Shown: positions 1 to 12,523, counted from the stretch's first letter. The stretch: 64,000 bases of DNA from Octopus sinensis (GCF_006345805.1 NC_043023.1:12834001-12898000); one strand, 5' to 3'. Notes: generated by a model not told the origin, from the sequence alone. Made by a program: numbers and translations.

Positions 1-225
1 CCCTTTCGTTACTGTATTTATTTTGAGATGTTCTGTGTTTCTTTCAATTACTTTAAATATAACAAAGAATTTAATAAAATAACTTAGTTAGCATTAAGCT
101 GGTGTTAGGAACATAAATTGTGACTAAGGTTTGGCAGAAGATTTGAAATCAAAACTTTTGAAAACAAGACATTTGTACTACAGAGCCAGAGGTGGTTTCA
201 GCTGGGTTGGTATCAAAAGGGTTAA
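1..225. mobile_element. piggyBac-like MITE (CCC-initiated TIR, TTAA site)
   Basis: Window starts CCCTTTCGTTAC; the right end reads GTATCAAAAGGG followed by TTAA (222-225). The left TTAA would lie outside the window. A partial second copy follows at about 249-360. Confidence 0.45.
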
Positions 226-601
226 GAATTGTTTCTCTATCATATATTTTAAGCCTTTTGTTACCATTTTCTGTCGAGATGTTCTGTGTTTCTTTCAATT
301 ACTTTAAATATAACAAAGAATTTAATAAAATAACTTAGTTATCATTCAGCTAGTGTTAAATGATGATGATGAAGAGATAGCATCTAGATATAGAACAACA
401 ACACAAACACAAAATGGTAACTTTTGTGTGACTTTTTATTCATAATTCTTTAAAATCCGACCAAAGGCATTTTCAGTAATCAAGTCATCTCGGAGTCAAT
501 ATTTTTACAGATGATGACACATTTGAGGTTCCCATTAACAGTATTGAAGTTAACAAGGGGAAAAAGAAAGTCTTCGGCAGACAAATTAGTCTTAATTACT
601 C

Positions 602-983
602 TCTCTTTACTCTTTTACTTGTTTCAGTCATTTTGACTGCGGCCATGCTGGAGCACCGCCATTAGTCGAGCAAATCGACCCCGGGACTTATTCTTTGTAA
701 GCCCAGTACTTATTCTATCGGTCTTTTTTACCCAACCGCTAAGTGACGGGGATGTAAACACACCAGCATCGGTTATCAAGCAATGCTAGGGGGACAAACA
801 CAGACACACACATATATATATATATACATATATTCGACAGGCTTCTTTCAGTTTCCATCTACCAAATCCACTCACAAGGCTTTGGTTGGCCTGAGGCAAT
901 AGTAGAAGACACTTGCCCAAGATGCCACGCAGTGGGACTGAACCCAGAACCTTGTGGTAGGTAAGGAAGCTACTCCTGCGCCT
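602..983 (-). mobile_element. tRNA-derived SINE (Octopus-type)
   Basis: Reverse complement of the SINE at 13203-13620: B-box-like GGTTCAGTCCC, same body, internal (TA)n and AG-rich tail. Confidence 0.85.
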
Positions 984-1119
984 ATTGTTGTATTTTGACA
1001 GTGATAAAGTTACACATGTGGGTGAATACCTACATGTGTATGGATGTAGCTTTTTCAAGAGAATGGTTTAGCACAGATGTCACACTGACCTGGCTTCTCT
1101 CCTGCAGAATTGCATTTAT

Positions 1120-1751
1120 GTACATTCATTCATCATTGTTTGACCGTGGTCGAGACAATGGAATTTACCATGCTACGCCAGACTTCACGGTCCATCATAG
1201 CATTACGGAGGTCCTGTTGCTGGATGCCTGTATCCCTGGAGATTACATCAGGGTAGGAGAGTGTGCGCCCTCTGGTATTGCGACCGTGGTCGAGACAATG
1301 GAATTTACCATGCTACGCCAGACCTCACGGTCCATCATGGCATTACGGAGGTCCTGCTGCTGGATGCCTGTATCCATGGAGATTACATTAGGGTAGGAGA
1401 GTGTGCGACTCTGGCATTGTGAGTAGATGGCTTCCAGAGAAGAGTAGAAATTACCTCCTTTTCAGCTCTACAACAATGTCCAGCAAACTGGACTCTCCAA
1501 CCTTTCACAAGAGATGACACAGGTGGTAGTTTCCCATATATTTGCATTTTGGTTGGATGGCGCTTCCACGAGAGATTTTGAGCTCTCATAAGGAGGCGAG
1601 TGTAAGTTCCATCCAACCGCCTCTCAAGCTTCTTTGATAACGTCCAGGTTTCTGAGCTATATAGTAGAATTGGTTCGACTGTGGCTTTGAAGATTTCAAG
1701 TTTGAAGTCTCTACTTAGGTTTGATGACCAGATCTTATGCATGTTATGCAT
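1120..1751 (-). mobile_element. 3' fragment of RTE-clade LINE (post-RT C-terminal region) with tandemly duplicated 3' end
   Basis: ORF 1383-1751 reads KIWSS..FKATVEPILLYSSETWTLSK..RLDGTYTRLL..SW..QFAGHC, typical of RTE/LINE RT C-termini. It continues by hand as GRTLSYPDVISRDTG..MMDREVWR. A 140-bp duplication starts at 1142 and 1282; the tail is TGATGAATGAATG. Confidence 0.75.
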
Positions 1752-1854
1752 AAGATGACTTGCATAAGATTTATGTACACTTAAGTTAGATCTACGAGAG
1801 AATGAATCATAGATACCAACTTCAAAATAAAAATCAAATGGGGATTGTAGTTAA

Positions 1855-2160
1855 GATACCCGTGCCGGTGACACATAAAAAGCACCATCCGAACGTGGCA
1901 GATGCTAGTGCCGCCTGACTGGCGTCCGTGTCGGTGACATGTAAAAGCACCAACCGATCGTGGCCGCTTGCTAGCCTCCTCTGGCACGTAAAAAACACCT
2001 ACTACACTCATGGAGTGGTTGGCGTTAGGAAGGGCATCCAGCCATAGAAACTCTGCCAGATGAAGATTGGAGCCTGGTACAGCCATCTGGTTCGCCAGCC
2101 CTCAGTGAAATCGTCCAACTCATGCCAGCATGGAAAGCAGACGTTAAACGATGATGATGA
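1855..2160 (+). mobile_element. (GAT)n-tailed SINE-like repeat
   Basis: TTGGCGTTAGGAAGGGCATCCAGC body ending GACGTTAAACGATGATGATGA; reverse orientation of the elements at 3495, 9687 and others. Confidence 0.8.
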
Positions 2161-2199
2161 CCATAACATAGATTCTGTTTGGTTTGAACATGTTCATGT

Positions 2200-2891
<692 letters not shown>

Positions 2892-3177
2892 TCACCCATA
2901 ATTATGACCCTAGTATCGATCTATTGCACAACAATCTCTTTTATGATTGGGGTTAGGGGGAAGGGTATCATTTTTTTCTTCACAAATGTAAATAAACCCA
3001 ATCTGTTTCTTAAACGAGGGACATATTCATATGGCACAGAATGTTATTTTACCTCAATGGACGTCTTAAGGGGATACAGCCTAAGAAAGCAAGCAAAATC
3101 TGAGTGGAACCTGGAGCAGCACTCTGGCTTGACAGCACCTGTCACACTTTCCCACCCAAACCTGCAAAGAAAATGGA

Positions 3178-3225
3178 CACTGAAGAAGAAGAAGAAGAAG
3201 AAGGAAGATGATGTTGATGATGAAA
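3178..3225. repeat. (GAA)n/(GAT)n microsatellite
   Basis: Direct read; the expanded paralogous tract is at about 44245-44390. Confidence 0.9.
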
Positions 3226-3494
3226 ACACAACAAAGACAAAATCAATGTCACTTAAAACTTTTATTCCTTATTCCCATTCCTTTATTCACTCATAACAAA
3301 TTCCTCAAAAATCCAGCACAATCCTCTTCAGAAAACAAAGTCATCTCTGTGTTGATATACTTAGATATATAAATGATATTGAAGTTGTGATTCATGAATT
3401 TCATATTGACATCCAAGAAACTGAAGTTCATAATGTCAAGCTTGAAGAGGAATAAACCCTGTCTTTTAGCAGACAAAATATTCATAATTCTTGT

Positions 3495-3775
3495 CATCAT
3501 CATCATTTAGCGTCCGCTTTCCATGCTAGCATAGGTTGGACGGTCCAACTGGAGTCTGGGATGCAGAAGGCTGCACCTAGCCCAGTCTTATCTGGCAATG
3601 TTTCTACAGCTGGATGCCCTTCCTAATGCCAACCAGTCTGTGAGTGTAGTGGGTGCGTTTTACGTGCCACCCGCACAGGTGCCAGACGAGGCTGGCAAAC
3701 GGCTACAGTCGGATGGTGCTTTTTACATGCCACCAGCACTGGTATCACAGCTACAATTTCCATTGATGTTGATTG
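3495..3775 (-). mobile_element. (GAT)n-tailed SINE-like repeat in the ZF-A 3' flank
   Basis: catcatcatttagcgtccgc...ctacagctggatgcccttcctaatgcc; the same family lies downstream of nearly every ZF gene. Confidence 0.8.
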
Positions 3776-3946
3776 ATTTCGATTTTGATTCTGATTCTCA
3801 CTTGAGTCAACAGGTCTTCACAACGAAGGTTTGTGTCCCAAGAAGGAAAGGTATGCATAAGTGGACTGGCTACATCCCATGTAGAGGCCATATATTGTGG
3901 TCTCACTTGTCCTGCTGGGTTGTAATATATTTTGATACTGATACTG

Positions 3947-4914
3947 TTAGACTAGTGTATGAATACTCAGATGTGTACTTAAGTGGCGTTTTTGAGAGAA
4001 TGACTCACCACAAATATCACAATGATATGGTTTTTCCCCAGTATGAATACGTTTATGTTTAGGCAGGTCACTACTGTGAGAGAATGATTTACCACAGATA
4101 TCACAAAGATATAGCTTCTCTCCTGTGTGGGTTCGTCTGTGATTGATTAAATTGCTATTATCAGAGAATGATTTACCACAGATAACACATTGATATGGTT
4201 TTTCCCCAGTATGAATACGTCTGTGACCAGACAAATGACTACTTCTAGAAAATGACTTACCACAAATATCACACTCATATGGTTTTTCACCTGTATGAAT
4301 ACGTAGGTGTCTGGTTAAAGGGCTATTTTCAGAGAATGATTCACCACAGATATCACACTGATATGGCTTCTCACCTGTATGAATACGTTTGTGCCTGTTT
4401 AACGTAGAATGCTGGGAAAATGATTTACCACAGATATCACAATGATATGTCTTCTCTCCTGTATGAACAAGTTTGTGATCAGTTAAAATGTTACTTGTAG
4501 AAAATGATTTACCACAGATATTACAATGATGTGGCTTTTCTCCTGTATGTGTACGTTTGTGTTTATTTAAGTCACCACTGGTAGAAAATGATTTACCACA
4601 GATATCACACTGATATTGTTTCTCTCCTGTATGAGTACGTTTGTGTGTAGCCAAGTTAGCACTTCGAGAAAATGATTTGCCACAGATATCACACTCATGC
4701 GGCTTTTCCCCAGTATGAATAAATTTGTGACGAGTTAAAGTGCTATTTTGAGAAAATGATTCAGTACAGATATCACACTGATATGGTTTGTCTCCAGTAT
4801 GAACACGTATGTGCCTACTTAGATTACCACTTTTAGAGAATGACTTACTGCAGATATCACAGTGATATGGCTTTCTCTTTTATCAGAGATTTTTGCTTTA
4901 GTTGAATTATTCAT
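3947..4914 (-). pseudogene. ZF-A: 11-finger C2H2 gene with a 1-nt frameshift after the N-terminal leader
   Basis: ATG at 4914 ([13 protein letters not shown]) is out of frame with the finger array because of a 1-nt deletion at about 4871-4880 (260 nt to ORF 3947-4654). Three more fingers are open upstream of that ORF, giving 11 in total. Confidence 0.8.
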
Positions 4915-6514
4915 TATAAGAGAATAATTTTGTTATACATATCACAATGATAGCATCTGTTTCATTTCTATGAATGTTTGTGTTCAAATGCATCAGAGAA
5001 TAATTAAATGTTATGTTACTTTCATTGGTGATCTTGCTTAATATCTAAAACAGAAGATACAAATTGGTTAACTCTTTTGTAAAGTTACTCAAACTTAACC
5101 TGTAGGTTCATCATCATTTCTACATTCCAGATGGCAAAAAAAATGTTGCTCTTAATTCCATCATGCAGAAGAAATATTTCCCCATCGTTCGTCAAAGATT
5201 TTATTTATATAAAGAAGCTGATCTTTTGATGAATGTGCCTTATGAATATATGGTCTTCCTTTAATTGATGAAAGTCAATCAAAATATCAGACACACATCT
5301 GAATGAAGAAATTTCTTTTAAATCAACATGGTATGATATTCTGAATAGGAAAAAAATTCATTTCTATGAATAATTTGTGTTGCTATTTTCAGAGAATAAT
5401 TTAATGCTATGCTTCTTTCATCTGTGATTTTGCTTAATATCTAAATCAAGAGGTGACAATTGTCTACCCCTTTGTAAAGTCATCCAAGCTTAATTAACCT
5501 GTAAAACAATCATCTCCTCTATATTCCAGACAGCAAAGACTTCAAATTGTTGCTGTTAATTCCATCGTCCAGAAGAAATATTTTGCTGTTGTTTTTCACA
5601 GATTTCCTTTATAAGATGAGTTTGATGTATTGATGAATGCTCCTTATAAATATATCATCTTCCTTTGGTTGATGGGAGCTGATAAAATATCAGAGGCACA
5701 TCTAAATGAAGTAATTTCTTTCATATCAACATGATGTGATATTCTGAAATAGAAAAACAGAAGCAGTGAAGTAAAGAGAATCATTAAACGACATAGTAAT
5801 TCAACATCAACACTGTCGTCCATTTAATGTCTATGTTTGCAGGGGTCAGAATCCATTGAGGCATTAAAACGTTTACAACATTCTGTATAGAGATTTCTCT
5901 ATTGTTCTGCCCTAGGAAAAATTTGGTGAAGGGTTAATTAAAATTTTGAAAAAGATGGATCCAATCTACTTCAAGATTCACTACAAATATATTTGTATAC
6001 ACACATACACATATATGTACACACACACATATATATATACAAGTATTAAGAGAGGGACCACATGTGGTCACTCTAACGCTAGAAATAGATCCGCAAAGGG
6101 AATCCACCACTAAAGAATTGTTCCCAAGCATTAATTCAACACGCCAAGAATGTAAGCGGGCAGGACAAATGAAAAATAACGAAAAAATGGATTAACTCTA
6201 TACAATTGTTTCATCGTTAATAGATTGTGTAATTTTACTTACAAATCATTTTCGAATCATCGGTAGAGTATATCAAAAACATAATTTGCTGAACCAAACG
6301 CCAAAATCCATACGAAATTGATGTTATTAATTAATATTCAATTTCTTTCACCCTTACACACACATATATGTATACATAATAATACATATATATGCATAAA
6401 TACATACGTATACGTACATACATGTTTGTTTATATTCGCGAGTGCCCGTTCTGCGTATTTCATTATTTAGTATAAAATAGTTAAAAAAATAGATTAATTG
6501 TTCTAATTTTCACC

Positions 6515-6923
6515 GGTACTATTTAAAAAGAGTTGTCCCGGTGCGCGCACTTGCGCTAGTTAGTCGTGACTAGTCGATCCTACAACGACTACCTAGCAAA
6601 GTAAATAAAACACAAAATAATTTTTTGGCGATCCTTCGGTATAAGTACCGTGAGTGGCTTTGTTTACATTTCTGAAGATAACAGAAACCCTTTTCTCCCA
6701 CCCCTAACACAACCCTTAACCATATATATGAAAAAAAAGACACTTTCTTGAAATGTATCTGGTACCTCCGGTACCTATACCGAAGTTACGCTCATTTTTT
6801 CAAACAAAGAAAATAATTTTTTTAAAACAACGTAAATAAAACAAAAGTACAAAGTAAGGAGCGACTAGTCACGACTAGCTACTGCGGATGCGCGCACCGG
6901 GACCTCTCTTCTTAAATAGTACC
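6515..6923. mobile_element. Palindromic MITE-like element with GGTACTA...TAGTACC termini
   Basis: Arms ggtactatttaa..gtcccggtgcgcgca / tgcgcgcaccgggacc..ttaaatagtacc; paralogs occur in each unit. Confidence 0.6.
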
Positions 6924-6926
6924 CTT

Positions 6927-7200
6927 GTAAGTGTTAGCACTTCCTTCTCTAAGCTTGGATTCGAAATCGAGTCCAAGAATCATCGGTCGTCAAACACCGA
7001 TGCATGTATAGGCGCGAAATTAAGAATCCCTTTGTCCTGACATTGGTCAGGTCGGAGGTCAAAGGGAGATGATCAATCAGTTTTTGTCAGAACAAAGGGA
7101 TTCTTAATTTCGCGCCTATACATGCATTGGTATTTGACGACCGATGATTCTTGGATTCGATTTCGAATCCAAGCTTAGAGAAGGAACTGCTAACTCTTAC
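6927..7200. mobile_element. 274-bp foldback MITE with 6-bp TSD ACCCTT
   Basis: Inverted arms of about 115 bp, GTAAG...CTTAC; ACCCTT at 6921-6926 and 7201-7206. The empty site (single ACCCTT) is seen at about 33048, 41476 and 62379. Confidence 0.8.
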
Positions 7201-7380
7201 ACCCTTATAAGTTTGTTTATATTCGCGAGTGCCCGCTCTCCGTATTTTATTTTTTAGTATAAAATATTTAAAAAATAGATCAATCTTTCTAATTTTCTCC
7301 ATACTTTATGTATTCTGGATATATTTCCCATTTCCTAACTTTTTCTCACAAGTAAGCGTCATTATCTTGGAGAGGTGCGC

Positions 7381-7594
7381 GGTACTACTAGCGAACAGTG
7401 GTCCAGGTGCGCGCACTCGCGCATCCGTGCACGCTAGTATGTAGTCGATCCTACGACTTTTTAACCCTAACCTTAGTTTGTTAACAAAAATAATGTATTT
7501 ACTTAGTTTTAAAGATTGTAGGATCGACTACTTACGACTAGCAAGCGCGGATACGCGAGTGCACGCACCGGGACCACTGTTCGCTAGTAGTACC
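7381..7594. mobile_element. Second GGTACTA-type palindromic MITE
   Basis: ggtactactagcgaacagtggtcc...gggaccactgttcgctagtagtacc inverted termini. Confidence 0.65.
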
Positions 7595-7842
7595 TTATTA
7601 TTATTGGTATTATCATCATCATTACAGCCTTAAAATAAATCTTTGTCAACTTACCGTGTTCAGATACAAACAACGAGTCAACGATCGTTAATTAAGCACC
7701 TTAATTAATTAATTAAGGAAAGTTATATCCCTTTATATGGTTATAGTTCTTCAATTTTCTATGACTGGTTCGTTTCGTTCCGGTGTCTTCTTTGTCCCAT
7801 TCTGTCAACGAATTTACCTTCAAGGTAATATAGAATATATAC

Positions 7843-8005
7843 ACTCACATATTCTAATCTACGACCGTTTCCAGCGCACGAACTGGACCCCGTCGCAGAC
7901 ACCGAAAGAAAGAAGGCATCTTTGACTTATATCTTCCTGATGTGACGTCAGGCCGTTGCACTTCCGATCCGTTTCTGACGTCATTTTCTCTCCTGTCCAA
8001 TCATT
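7843..8005 (-). promoter_or_regulatory. Putative promoter and non-coding exon 1 of ZF-A
   Basis: CpG-containing island with TGACGTCA twice (7943, 7976), CGGAAGT (7960-7966, minus) and CCAAT (7997); splice donor AT|GTGAGT at 7848. Function is inferred. Confidence 0.6.
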
Positions 8006-8060
8006 GTCCTTCCTTCACACTTCTCTCTCATCTAAAGAACAATGCTTGGATACCTTTTGG

Positions 8061-9200
8061 GGATCTTTTCCGTTTGACCGGCAGTTTTTTAAAATAATTT
8101 CCACGTAACTAAACACTTTAAACTTCGTATACTGGTAGAATGTGTTTATAAGACATCTTTTTCTCTTGGCTTTATTGAGAAAATTCAACGGTTTGTAAGA
8201 TATTTGTTGTTGTTTTTTCTTAAATTTCTGCAATTTCAACCAATCAATGACGTCTAATGAGGTAAAAAACATTCTGTCTCGTATGAATATGTCTCTCGTT
8301 TAAGAAACAGATTGTGTTTATTTACATTTCTGAAGAAAAGATGTATTTTTTTGGTGTGAATGGCAGTTTTTTAAAATAATTCCGACGTAACCAAACACTT
8401 TTAAACTTCGTATACTGGTGAAAGTGTTTATAAAACATCTTTGTCTCTTGGCTTTATTGAGAAAATTCTATAGTTTGTAAGATATTTGGGATCTTTTCGG
8501 TTTGAACGGCAGTTTATTAAAAGAATGTCCACGTAACTAAACACTTTTAAACTTCGTATACTGGTAGAATGTGTTTATAAAACATCTGTTTCTCTTGGCT
8601 TTATTGAGAAAATTCTATAGTTTGTAAGATATTTGGGATCTTTTCGGTTTGAACGGCAGTTTTTTTTAATAATTTCCACGTGTTAGGGTTAGAAGTGGGG
8701 AGAAAAGGCTTTCTGTTATCTTCGCAAATGTAAACAAAGTCTCGTGTGTACTTATATATCGAAGCATCGCCTTATTATTTACTTTGTGTAAAAAAAAAGG
8801 ATCTTTTCGGTTTGACCGGCAGTTTTTTGTAGCGGTGTCATATGAAATTGTCACCCATAATTATGACCCTAGTATCGATCTATTGCATTTCAATCTGTGT
8901 TAGGGTTAGGGGTGGGGAAAGGGCATCTTTTTTTCTTCAAAAATGTAAATAATCCCAATCTGTTTCTTAAACGAAGGACATATTCATAAGGCACATAATG
9001 TTTTTTTTTACCTTAATAGACGTCATTGATTGGTTGAAATTGCAGAAAAAGAAACAACAAATATGTTACAAACTACAGAATTTTCTCAATAAAGCCAAGG
9101 AAAAGGATGCTTTATAAATACATTCTATCTGTATACGAAGTTTAAAGTTTTTTTAGTTACCTAGAAATTTAAAAACCTGCCGTTCAAACCGAAAAGATCC
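8061..9200. mobile_element. Nested MITE cluster with GGATCTTTTCGGTTTGA(A/C)CGGCAG terminal repeats
   Basis: Several left ends plus the right end CTGCCGTTCAAACCGAAAAGATCC at 9177-9200. Equivalent nests at about 18708-19416, 33910-34835, 42335-42890, 45714-46420 and 55994-56702. Confidence 0.65.
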
Positions 9201-9222
9201 CCATTATTCCCAGAGAATAGTT

Positions 9223-9425
9223 GGCGAACCAGATGGCAGCACCAGTCTTCATTCTGATCTGGTAGAGTTTCTACAGCTGGTTGGTGTTAGGAGGGCATCC
9301 AGCTGTAGAAACTCTGCCAGATCAGATTGGAGCCTGGTGCAGCCTCCTGGTTCGCCAGTCCTCAATCAAATCGTGCAACCCATGCTAGAATGGAAATCAG
9401 ACGTTAAACGATGATGATGATGATG
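9223..9425 (+). mobile_element. 3' fragment of the (GAT)n-tailed SINE-like repeat with a 5' inverted (foldback) segment
   Basis: Inverted arms of about 58 bp span 9223-9356; tail AAACGATGATGATGATGATGAT. Confidence 0.65.
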
Positions 9426-9686
9426 ATCACAGTGATCTATTTTCTCTCATGTATAATTAAGTTGCTACTTTGAGAGAACCGTCAGTGGATGGAATGTAGT
9501 GTCTTGTGTTCGATATTCGAAGGTTGATTAATTCTTCCAATGACAACGGGGAGGGAAAAGATGGCGCCGTTCCCAACCTAATGCACAATTACGAAAGGAA
9601 ATAGAGAAGCACTGGGATTTTTACCTTTTGACCTACAGATTTAAAAGATAATTCTTAAATCTGCAAAAAATTAGGAAGATTCATCA

Positions 9687-10380
9687 TCATCATCATCATT
9701 TAGCGTCCGTTTTCCATGCTAGCATGGGTTGGACGGTTCAACTGGGGTCTGTGAAGCTGGAAGGCTTCATCAAGCCCAGTCAGACCTGGCAGTGTTTCTA
9801 CAGCTGGATGCCCTTCCTAACGCCCACCACTCCGTGAGTGTAGTGGGTGCTTTTTACGTGCCACCCGCACAGGTGCCAGACAGAGCTGGCAAACGGCCAC
9901 GAACGGATGGTGCTTTTACGTGTCACCGGCACGGGGGCCAGGCGAGGCTGGCAACGGACACAAACGGGTGGTGCTTTTACGTGCCACCGACACGGGGGCC
10001 AGACAGAGCTGGCAAACGGCCACGAACGGACGGTGCTTTTACGTGTCACCGGCACGGGTCCAGGCGAGGCTGGCAACGGACATGAACGGGTGGTACATTT
10101 ACGTGCCACCGACACGGGGACTAGGCAGAGCTGGCTTACGGCCACGAACGGATGGTGCTTTTACGTGTCACCGGCACGGGGGCCAGGCGAGGCTGGCAAC
10201 GGACACGAACGGGTGGTGCTTTTACGTGCCACCGACACGGGGGCCAGGTGAGGCTGGCAACGGACACGAACGGGTGGTGCTTTTACGTGCCACCGACACG
10301 GGGGCCAGACAGAGCAGGCAAACGGCCACGAACGGATGGTTCGCGTAACCACAGCTGCAATTCCCACTGATGTTGATCGA
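9687..10380 (-). mobile_element. (GAT)n-tailed SINE-like repeat with an expanded internal ~61-bp VNTR
   Basis: GGTGCTTTTACG recurs at 9909, 9970, 10032, 10092 and onward; about 8 units alternating between two variants. Confidence 0.8.
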
Positions 10381-11010
10381 CCTCAATTTGGTTCTGCTTT
10401 CTGATATATGAATTGATTTGCTTTGATTTTGATTTTGACTGTTCTCACTGGTCTTGCTAAGTCTTCCATTTCTAAAAGTATTTTATACTAACAAATAAAA
10501 TATGGAGAACGGGCACTCGCGAATATAAACAGATCATGTCGTGTAGCCAGCTGTAGATGTCTCCTCAGGCTGAATTACATCAACATCTCTTATTATAAAA
10601 AGCAGATTTTATCTGCCTCCCTTTGTATCTTATAGAAATCTACAATATAGGATTTCTTCAATTACAATTTACCTTGCCTTTTTTAGAGTAGAATGCATCG
10701 GGTCGTGCCAGGTCCAGTTTTCAAAATTTCAACCCCAATTAAGCAAAATTTAGAGAAAACTCACATTGTGATGTCTAAGTCAAATGCTTTTCTTAGTGTG
10801 GCCTACACCACACGCACACACACAGTGTGCAACGAATAAAGTGAAAGTAATTCACTTTTTGTACTGAGTGACTCTTTCACTCTGCCACTTCCTCTTTACA
10901 CACATAGACACGCAAATATATAAATAAAATTGTAAGCTAACGTGTGTGTGTGTGTGTGTGTGTGTGAGGGTGCGTGTGTGTGTGTGCGTGTGCGTCAGTG
11001 TGTGACAGGA

Positions 11011-11690
11011 AAGTTTTTTAGGACGAATATAAGACCTATATCCAAGTAGCAGAAAGATCGCCCAAAAGTGTATATAGATATTTAAATGTGTTTATATATT
11101 TATCTATACACAGATGTATGTATAATGTGTCTGTATATATTTCCATGGAGGTAACCTTTCACTCCATACAAAGTTTTTTAGGACGAGTATAAGATCTAAA
11201 GTATATACAAGTAGCAGAAAGATCGCCCAAAAGTGTATATAGATATTTAAATGTATTTATATATTCATCTATGCACAGATGTATGTATAATGTGTGTGTA
11301 TATATTTCCATACACGTAACCATTCACTCTGCACAAAGTTTTTTAGGACGAAAATAAGATCTAAAGTTATCTCTAAGTAGCACAAAGATCGCCCAAAAGT
11401 GTATATAGATATATAAATGTATTTATATATTCATCTATGCACACATGTATGTATAACATGTGTGTATATATTTCCATAGAGGTAACCATTCACTCCATAC
11501 AAAGTTTTTTAGGACGAAAATAAGATCTAAAGTTATCTCTAAGAAACAGAAAGATCGCCCAAAGTGTATATAGATATTTAAATGTATTTATATATTCATC
11601 TATACACACATGTATGTATAATGTGCGTGTATATATTTCCATAGAGGTAACCATTCAATCCATACAAAGTTTTTTAGGATGAAAATATTT
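11011..11690. repeat. ~165-bp minisatellite, about 4.2 copies
   Basis: AAGTTTTTTAGGA starts at 11011, 11171, 11336, 11502 and 11667. Confidence 0.9.
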
Positions 11691-11967
11691 ATATATAAAA
11701 GAAAGGTTGTGTGTCTGTCTACTCCGATTTAGATTCCTAACTACTCCCACATTTTGCGATGCAGTTTAACCAAAACCGGGTATCTTATAGTCGTGATTCA
11801 TATCGAGCCCTTCTGGGTATTAGCGCGTGTCTACGATGAGTCTATGATTTTACAAATAATTTACCGTCATTTTTTTCCATTTTAATGCATATTTTTTTTA
11901 AATAAACGGAAGTAACTCTCAAACTTCACACCAATATGCGTGCTCATATGTGACGTAATATCACATC

Positions 11968-12457
11968 AGCAGCATTTCCTCACACCCTCCTTGCACTTGG
12001 CGAAGGCAAAATACCAGGGGATGAAAATGGTAATATTGCCATCGATTCCATTTGTACCATTGTTAAGACGCCTTCTGATCTCAGAGATGCAGTGTTCCCA
12101 GATCTACAAGCTAATTATCAGAATATGGATTGGATTGGCAAAAAGGCTATACTGGCCCCGAGGAATAAAACTGTTCACCATATTAATGATGAAATGCTAA
12201 AACTCATTCCTGGGGAAGTCTATGTATATCAGTCTATCGATACAACTCCTGACCCAGAGGACGTCATCAACTATCCAATAGAGGTACTCAATTCCTTTGA
12301 GCACCCCGGACTACCACCACACTTTCTCAAACTTAAAGTTGGTGCCCCTATAATGCTCATCAGAAATTTGGTTCCCCCAAAACAATGCAATGGCACACGT
12401 TTGATTGTTAAGTCCTTATCTCCCGACGTAAGCATATATCAATATTTGCCTGAATAA
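11968..12457 (+). pseudogene. Helitron RepHel Pif1-family helicase fragment
   Basis: FPHTLLALGEG...AILAPRNKTVHHIN..LIPGE..YQSID..YPIEVLNS..GLPPHFLKLKVGAPIMLIRNL..CNGTRLIV matches the conserved Helitron/Pif1 helicase motifs; truncated at both ends. Confidence 0.85.
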
Positions 12458-12523
12458 TCATCATAATTCAGTGCAATCATTAAAAGTACTTTCAAGCAGT
12501 TCAGCGCCGAGCAATTCTGCTAG

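Larger units (their letters stand above)
10586..12523 (+). mobile_element. Composite non-autonomous Helitron carrying a helicase fragment
   Basis: A|TC start, CTAG|T end, no TSD; paralogous empty site at about 20690. Contains (TG)n, a ~165-bp tandem array, a second Helitron-like 5' segment and a Pif1-type helicase fragment. Confidence 0.8.

Noticed and set aside
3370-3460. Plus-strand protein-like stretch (NDIEVVIHEFHIDIQETEVHNVKLEEE), also near 44530
   Set aside because: Short, bounded by stops, no start or clear exon context; cannot be supported as coding.
7737-7925. 62-aa ORF MVIVLQFSMTGSFR... repeated in five units
   Set aside because: Antisense to the putative exon 1/intron boundary; conservation simply reflects recent duplication.
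9847-10345. Regular ~61-bp and 84-bp periodicities as a possible CRISPR array
   Set aside because: No unique spacers, no cas genes, eukaryotic context.
9729-10370. Many overlapping 70-190 aa ORFs (also near 20.0, 26.1, 38.3, 47.0 and 57.3 kb)
   Set aside because: They come from a GC-rich ~61-bp VNTR in a SINE-like repeat that is stop-poor in all frames.
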